A stretch of 64,000 nt of DNA from the NCBI RefSeq assembly GCF_051251695.1, contig NZ_JBPOEU010000013.1:37924-101923 (forward strand), given 5' to 3'. Under the pieces are notes generated by a model. It saw only the letters and a list, made by a program, of their open reading frames with translations. It made no database searches and was not told the origin of the DNA. Shown here piece after piece: positions 61,745 to 64,000 of the stretch. Source of the DNA: Maritalea sp. (lineage in GTDB: Bacteria; Pseudomonadota; Alphaproteobacteria; Rhizobiales; Devosiaceae). Numbering within the stretch: the first letter of the stretch is position 1; each line of letters begins with the position of its first letter. Position numbers and translations under genes: made by a program.

Positions 61745-61969
61745 CTAGCAGCCAATTTTCTTTCGAATTTTTTGAACGTCAGCAAGTGATTTGCAAACAT
61801 TCTCGCAAGGAATTCCATCTCCGTCGCCATCTGCTCTCGGGTGGCTTCCTTCGCACCAGTTTTTAACGGCTTGTTGGCAAGTCGAGTAGCTTTTGCAAGT
61901 GGCAGCCTGGGCTGAGGTTGTGCTTAGAAATAGTGCCAATATGAATGTCGTAAAAATACACTTTTGCAT
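61745..61969 (-). CDS. Secreted Excalibur calcium-binding domain protein
   Basis: Signal peptide; C....TC.......RADGDGDGIPCE motif; RBS AGGAG. Confidence 0.85.
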   Translation of the reverse strand: MQKCIFTTFILALFLSTTSAQAATCKSYSTCQQAVKNWCEGSHPRADGDGDGIPCENVCKSLADVQKIRKKIGC

Positions 61970-62215
61970 AAAACACTCCTTTCAATGACCTAATCGCAAT
62001 ACCCTACATCTTAAACGCTTCAGGATTAATTCCAAGCGACATGATAAGTCGTCTATTCCCAGTGGTATAACGGCTACACAAGCCCGAATTTTCAGCGTTT
62101 GGTTCTAGATTATCCTTTTAAAAACCATAATTCTTCACAATAGATGCTATAGCGCATTTTACGCAGTACCAGTTAGGTACGTTTCAACATCAACAAGAGG
62201 TCGAAAGAGATCAAG

Positions 62216-63430
62216 ATGACCGAAGAATTTCACCGTATACGCAGACTACCCCCTTACGTGTTTGAACATATCAACCCGATCAAGGCGGCGGCGCGAGCGG
62301 CGGGAACGGACATTATAGATCTTGGCATGGGCAATCCAGACTTGCCGACCCCCAAGCACATTGTTGAAAAACTAAAAGAAACCGTGAACGATCCGCGTAC
62401 CCACCGCTATTCGTCGTCTCAGGGCATTCCCGGACTTCGCAAAGCGCAGGCGTCCTATTATGGCCGCCGTTTTGGCGTGAAGCTGGACCCTGACACGCAA
62501 GTTGTCGCCACGCTTGGCTCCAAAGAAGGGTTTGCCAACATGGCGTCGGCCATCACCGCGCCCGGTGATGTGGTGTTGGTGCCTAATCCAACTTATCCCA
62601 TTCACTCATTTGGCTTCATCATGTCTGGCGGCGTAGTTCGTTCTATGCCAGCTGAGCCGAATGAGCACTTCTTTGAGGCGTTAGATCGCTCCGTACGGCA
62701 TTCAATTCCAAAGCCAATCGCGTTGATTTTGAATTATCCATCTAACCCAACAGCCTATGTTGCGGACCTAGATTTCTATAAACGGGTCGTTGAATATTGC
62801 CGCAAGCACGAGATTTTCATCCTGTCGGATCTCGCTTACTCCGAAATCTATTTTGACGGCACACCACCGCCTTCAATTCTAGAAGTGCCCGGCGCTATAG
62901 ACATCGCAGTTGAATTCACATCAATGTCCAAAACATTCTCGATGCCGGGTTGGCGCATGGGATTTGCTGTCGGCAATGAACGTTTGATCAAGGCGTTAAA
63001 ACGCGTGAAATCCTATTTGGATTATGGCGCGTTTACGCCAATTCAAGTCGCCGCCGCCGCCGCTCTTAACGGCCCAGATGATTGCGTTTCTGAAGTGCGC
63101 GAGATTTATCAACATCGCCGCGATGTGCTGGTCGACAGCTTTGCGCGCGCAGGGTGGGACGTCGCACCACCACCGGCAACCATGTTCGCGTGGACCCCAA
63201 TTCCCGAGCAGTTCGCACATTTAGGTTCGCTCGAGTTCGCCAAATTGTTGATCAAAGAGGCAGACGTTGCGGTAGCACCAGGTCTGGGCTTCGGTGAATA
63301 TGGCGACAACTACGTGCGCATCGCCCTAGTAGAAAACGAACAACGCATCCGCCAAGCAGCCCGCAACATCAAAAAATTCATGACTGAGCACGGCAAACGC
63401 GGCGATAATGTCGTGAAAATGAGCAAGTAA
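62216..63430 (+). CDS. PLP-dependent class I aminotransferase (AlaC/YfdZ-like, often annotated LL-DAP aminotransferase)
   Basis: RLPPYVF, DLGMGNPD, NYPSNPT, DLAY and SMSK.FSMPGWRMG motifs; upstream of hom as usual in alphaproteobacteria. Confidence 0.88.
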   Translation: MTEEFHRIRRLPPYVFEHINPIKAAARAAGTDIIDLGMGNPDLPTPKHIVEKLKETVNDPRTHRYSSSQGIPGLRKAQASYYGRRFGVKLDPDTQVVATLGSKEGFANMASAITAPGDVVLVPNPTYPIHSFGFIMSGGVVRSMPAEPNEHFFEALDRSVRHSIPKPIALILNYPSNPTAYVADLDFYKRVVEYCRKHEIFILSDLAYSEIYFDGTPPPSILEVPGAIDIAVEFTSMSKTFSMPGWRMGFAVGNERLIKALKRVKSYLDYGAFTPIQVAAAAALNGPDDCVSEVREIYQHRRDVLVDSFARAGWDVAPPPATMFAWTPIPEQFAHLGSLEFAKLLIKEADVAVAPGLGFGEYGDNYVRIALVENEQRIRQAARNIKKFMTEHGKRGDNVVKMSK

Positions 63431-63456
63431 GACGGCATTTGCACAAGGGATTAATT

Positions 63457-63488
63457 AGGCGTGCGTCTATCGGACGGGTGCCTTTTTT
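63457..63488 (+). terminator. Terminator between the aminotransferase gene and hom
   Basis: Imperfect AGGCGTGCGTC/GACGGGTGCCT stem followed by TTTTT. Confidence 0.6.
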
Positions 63489-63520
63489 ACTTTCACTCCC
63501 AACAATCCCATGCACTACTG

Positions 63521-63551
63521 TTGACGAATAGGACTTTTCCTATTCTATAGG
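63521..63551 (+). promoter_or_regulatory. Sigma70-like promoter of hom with a 20-bp palindrome in the spacer
   Basis: TTGACG (63521-26), then TCTATA at 17 bp or TATAGG at 19 bp; GAATAGGA-CTTT-TCCTATTC at 63526-45. Confidence 0.7.
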
Positions 63552-63578
63552 CGTTTCAACAACAAGAACGTGAAGTTC

Positions 63579-64000
63579 ATGACCGAATTAGACCAGTTTC
63601 GTGACCGTGTAGAGCGCTTTATGGAACGAAATGAGTGGACACCAACCCGCTTTGGCCGGGAGTTGGCGTCTGATCCGCAATTTGTATTCAACCTTCGTGA
63701 AGGGCGCGAGCCTCGCGCCGAAACAAGAAACAAGATTACCGATATGATCAAAACCATCGAAAAACAATCCACAAATGCTAATGCTCCGATACGTATAGGT
63801 GTTGCAGGTGTTGGCACCGTTGGCGCGGCTCTTGTTTCCATTTTGCAAAGCCAGCAAGATGATGTTCAAAAGCGTTTTGGGCGCGATATCGAAGTAACCG
63901 CTGTTTGCGCTCGTTCGCGCTCACGCGATCGCGGCGTCGATATGAGCGAAGTCGAATGGTTCGACGATCCTGTTGCCCTCGCAAAGTCTAGCTCTATCGA
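63579..64000 (+). CDS. hom: Homoserine dehydrogenase with an N-terminal HTH-like domain; 3'-truncated by the window edge
   Basis: Manual translation: MTELDQFRDRVERFMERNEWTPTRFGRELASDPQFVFNLREGREPRAETRNKITDMIKTIEKQSTNANAP-IRIGVAGVGTVG...VTAVCARSRSRDRG...WFDDPVALA. No stop codon before the window end, which is why it is missing from the ORF track. Confidence 0.88.
   Translation, partial: MTELDQFRDRVERFMERNEWTPTRFGRELASDPQFVFNLREGREPRAETRNKITDMIKTIEKQSTNANAPIRIGVAGVGTVGAALVSILQSQQDDVQKRFGRDIEVTAVCARSRSRDRGVDMSEVEWFDDPVALAKSSSI

Noticed and set aside
1-64000. CRISPR arrays, IS elements, integrases, prophage genes, rRNA
   Set aside because: No spaced direct-repeat arrays, terminal inverted repeats with a transposase, or corresponding ORFs were found.

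Overview
A 64-kb chromosomal segment from an alphaproteobacterium of the Hyphomicrobiales. The roughly 50% GC (judged by eye) and the gene content suggest Devosiaceae/Maritalea-like, but this is not verified. Most of it is housekeeping backbone: porin, slt, dapA-smpB, rpoZ-rsh-pyrE-acpS-lepB-rnc-era-recO-parC, hemB, ldtR-L,D-transpeptidase, glyA-nrdR-ribH-nusB-MFS, bamE, plsX-fabH-ihfA-merR, tRNA-Pro(GGG), a unipolar-polysaccharide (upp)-type cluster, ctaA, rplM-rpsI, argC, aminotransferase-hom. Small accessory islets are interspersed. No CRISPR array, transposase, integrase or phage gene was seen. Best leads: (1) Homoserine dehydrogenase carries an in-frame N-terminal Cro/XRE-like HTH domain (63579 to the window end; absent from the ORF track). 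It has its own sigma70-like promoter with a 20-bp palindrome between -35 and -10, so it is a candidate self-regulating 'trigger enzyme'. (2) The riboflavin operon is decaying: ribD is absent here, a frameshifted ribE remnant remains, RibH has lost key active-site residues, and the RfnT-position MFS transporter is intact. (3) A structured leader that can sequester the RBS precedes a PF20066-like domain fusion gene. (4) An envelope operon encodes a giant repeat/TolA-like/OmpA protein, an unannotated 38-aa membrane peptide and a membrane-anchored HhH protein. (5) An alpha/beta-hydrolase lacks both its catalytic Ser and His.
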